This document shows positions 63,579 through 64,000 of a stretch of 64,000 nucleotides of DNA, piece by piece (within the stretch, counting starts at the first letter, position 1; the number at the start of each line of letters is the position of its first letter). The position numbers were made by a program, and so were the translations under genes. The notes under the pieces are model-generated. The model made no database searches and was not told the origin of the DNA. It was given only the letters and a program-made list of their open reading frames with translations. This DNA is from Sedimentisphaerales bacterium (GTDB lineage Bacteria > Planctomycetota > Phycisphaerae > Sedimentisphaerales > Anaerobacaceae), in contig OY970194.1 in the NCBI GenBank assembly GCA_963708075.1, forward strand, positions 2,016,001 through 2,080,000, given 5' to 3'.

Positions 63579-64000
63579 CGCAACCTCGACTCGCCTGATG
63601 ACCAAAGAACTCCTCGTTTACGCCCGTGGGCACGCAACCGCGTCGAATTCAAGGGAAACAGACAGCCTCGAATCGGCTTTCGTTTGAACCTGCCGGCTAT
63701 GCTATCCCCCGGGTGTCCGACGCACAAGGACCGCTCACAGAAAAGTGATCGCCGAATGGGGGTGGCGCCCGGCAACCGCTATATCTTATCTGCACCGTTG
63801 CTCTCCGGATGGCATCCTGATATCGTAATGATATACTGCAGGTAAGGGTCCTGTTTACGGAGTCACACGAATGCGTTGACACGTGACCGGGATGACAACA
63901 AGTCGATGTGATTTGTGACTGGAGCACGAGCATGGCCATTCTCGCAGAGACGTGTCCCCAATGCGGCGGATCTATCCCCTCCGGGCACGGCGACCACGTG

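Overview
Bacterial DNA, about 58-62% GC by eye. Protein styles suggest a planctomycete (Phycisphaerae/Sedimentisphaerales-like); this is inference. Five blocks: (1) 0.5-14.7 kb, minus strand: a protein-sorting locus with an exosortase, EpsI, eight tandem secreted proteins sharing a variant PEP-CTERM tail (VP[VL]PAAVLLGxLGxGVAGxKLRK[FYH]V) and a ~1,480-aa TPR protein. The array is headed by a 202-aa ORF (signal peptide, TM helix, His/Cys-rich tail, C-terminal RGPP) followed by a large RNA hairpin. It looks like a ribosome-arrest 'monitoring' leader for exosortase cargo and is the best novel-system candidate. (2) 14.7-38.3 kb, minus strand: a Wzx/Wzy exopolysaccharide cluster with many acyl/methyl tailoring genes, an orphan accA and several gene scars. 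(3) 40.2-44.5 kb: a mosaic LamG-LRR-PA14 secreted protein. (4) 44.7-56.2 kb: a stress island of small membrane proteins plus a cyclic beta-1,2-glucan synthetase, with three promoters sharing one palindromic box. (5) 56.5-63.6 kb: a giant Ig/cadherin-like repeat protein and a Cys-rich protein. About 14 frameshifts are visible; six are the same 1-nt insertion (GGTCTC read as GGTTCTC), which points to systematic sequencing error rather than pseudogenes. No rRNA, tRNA, CRISPR array or transposase was seen.
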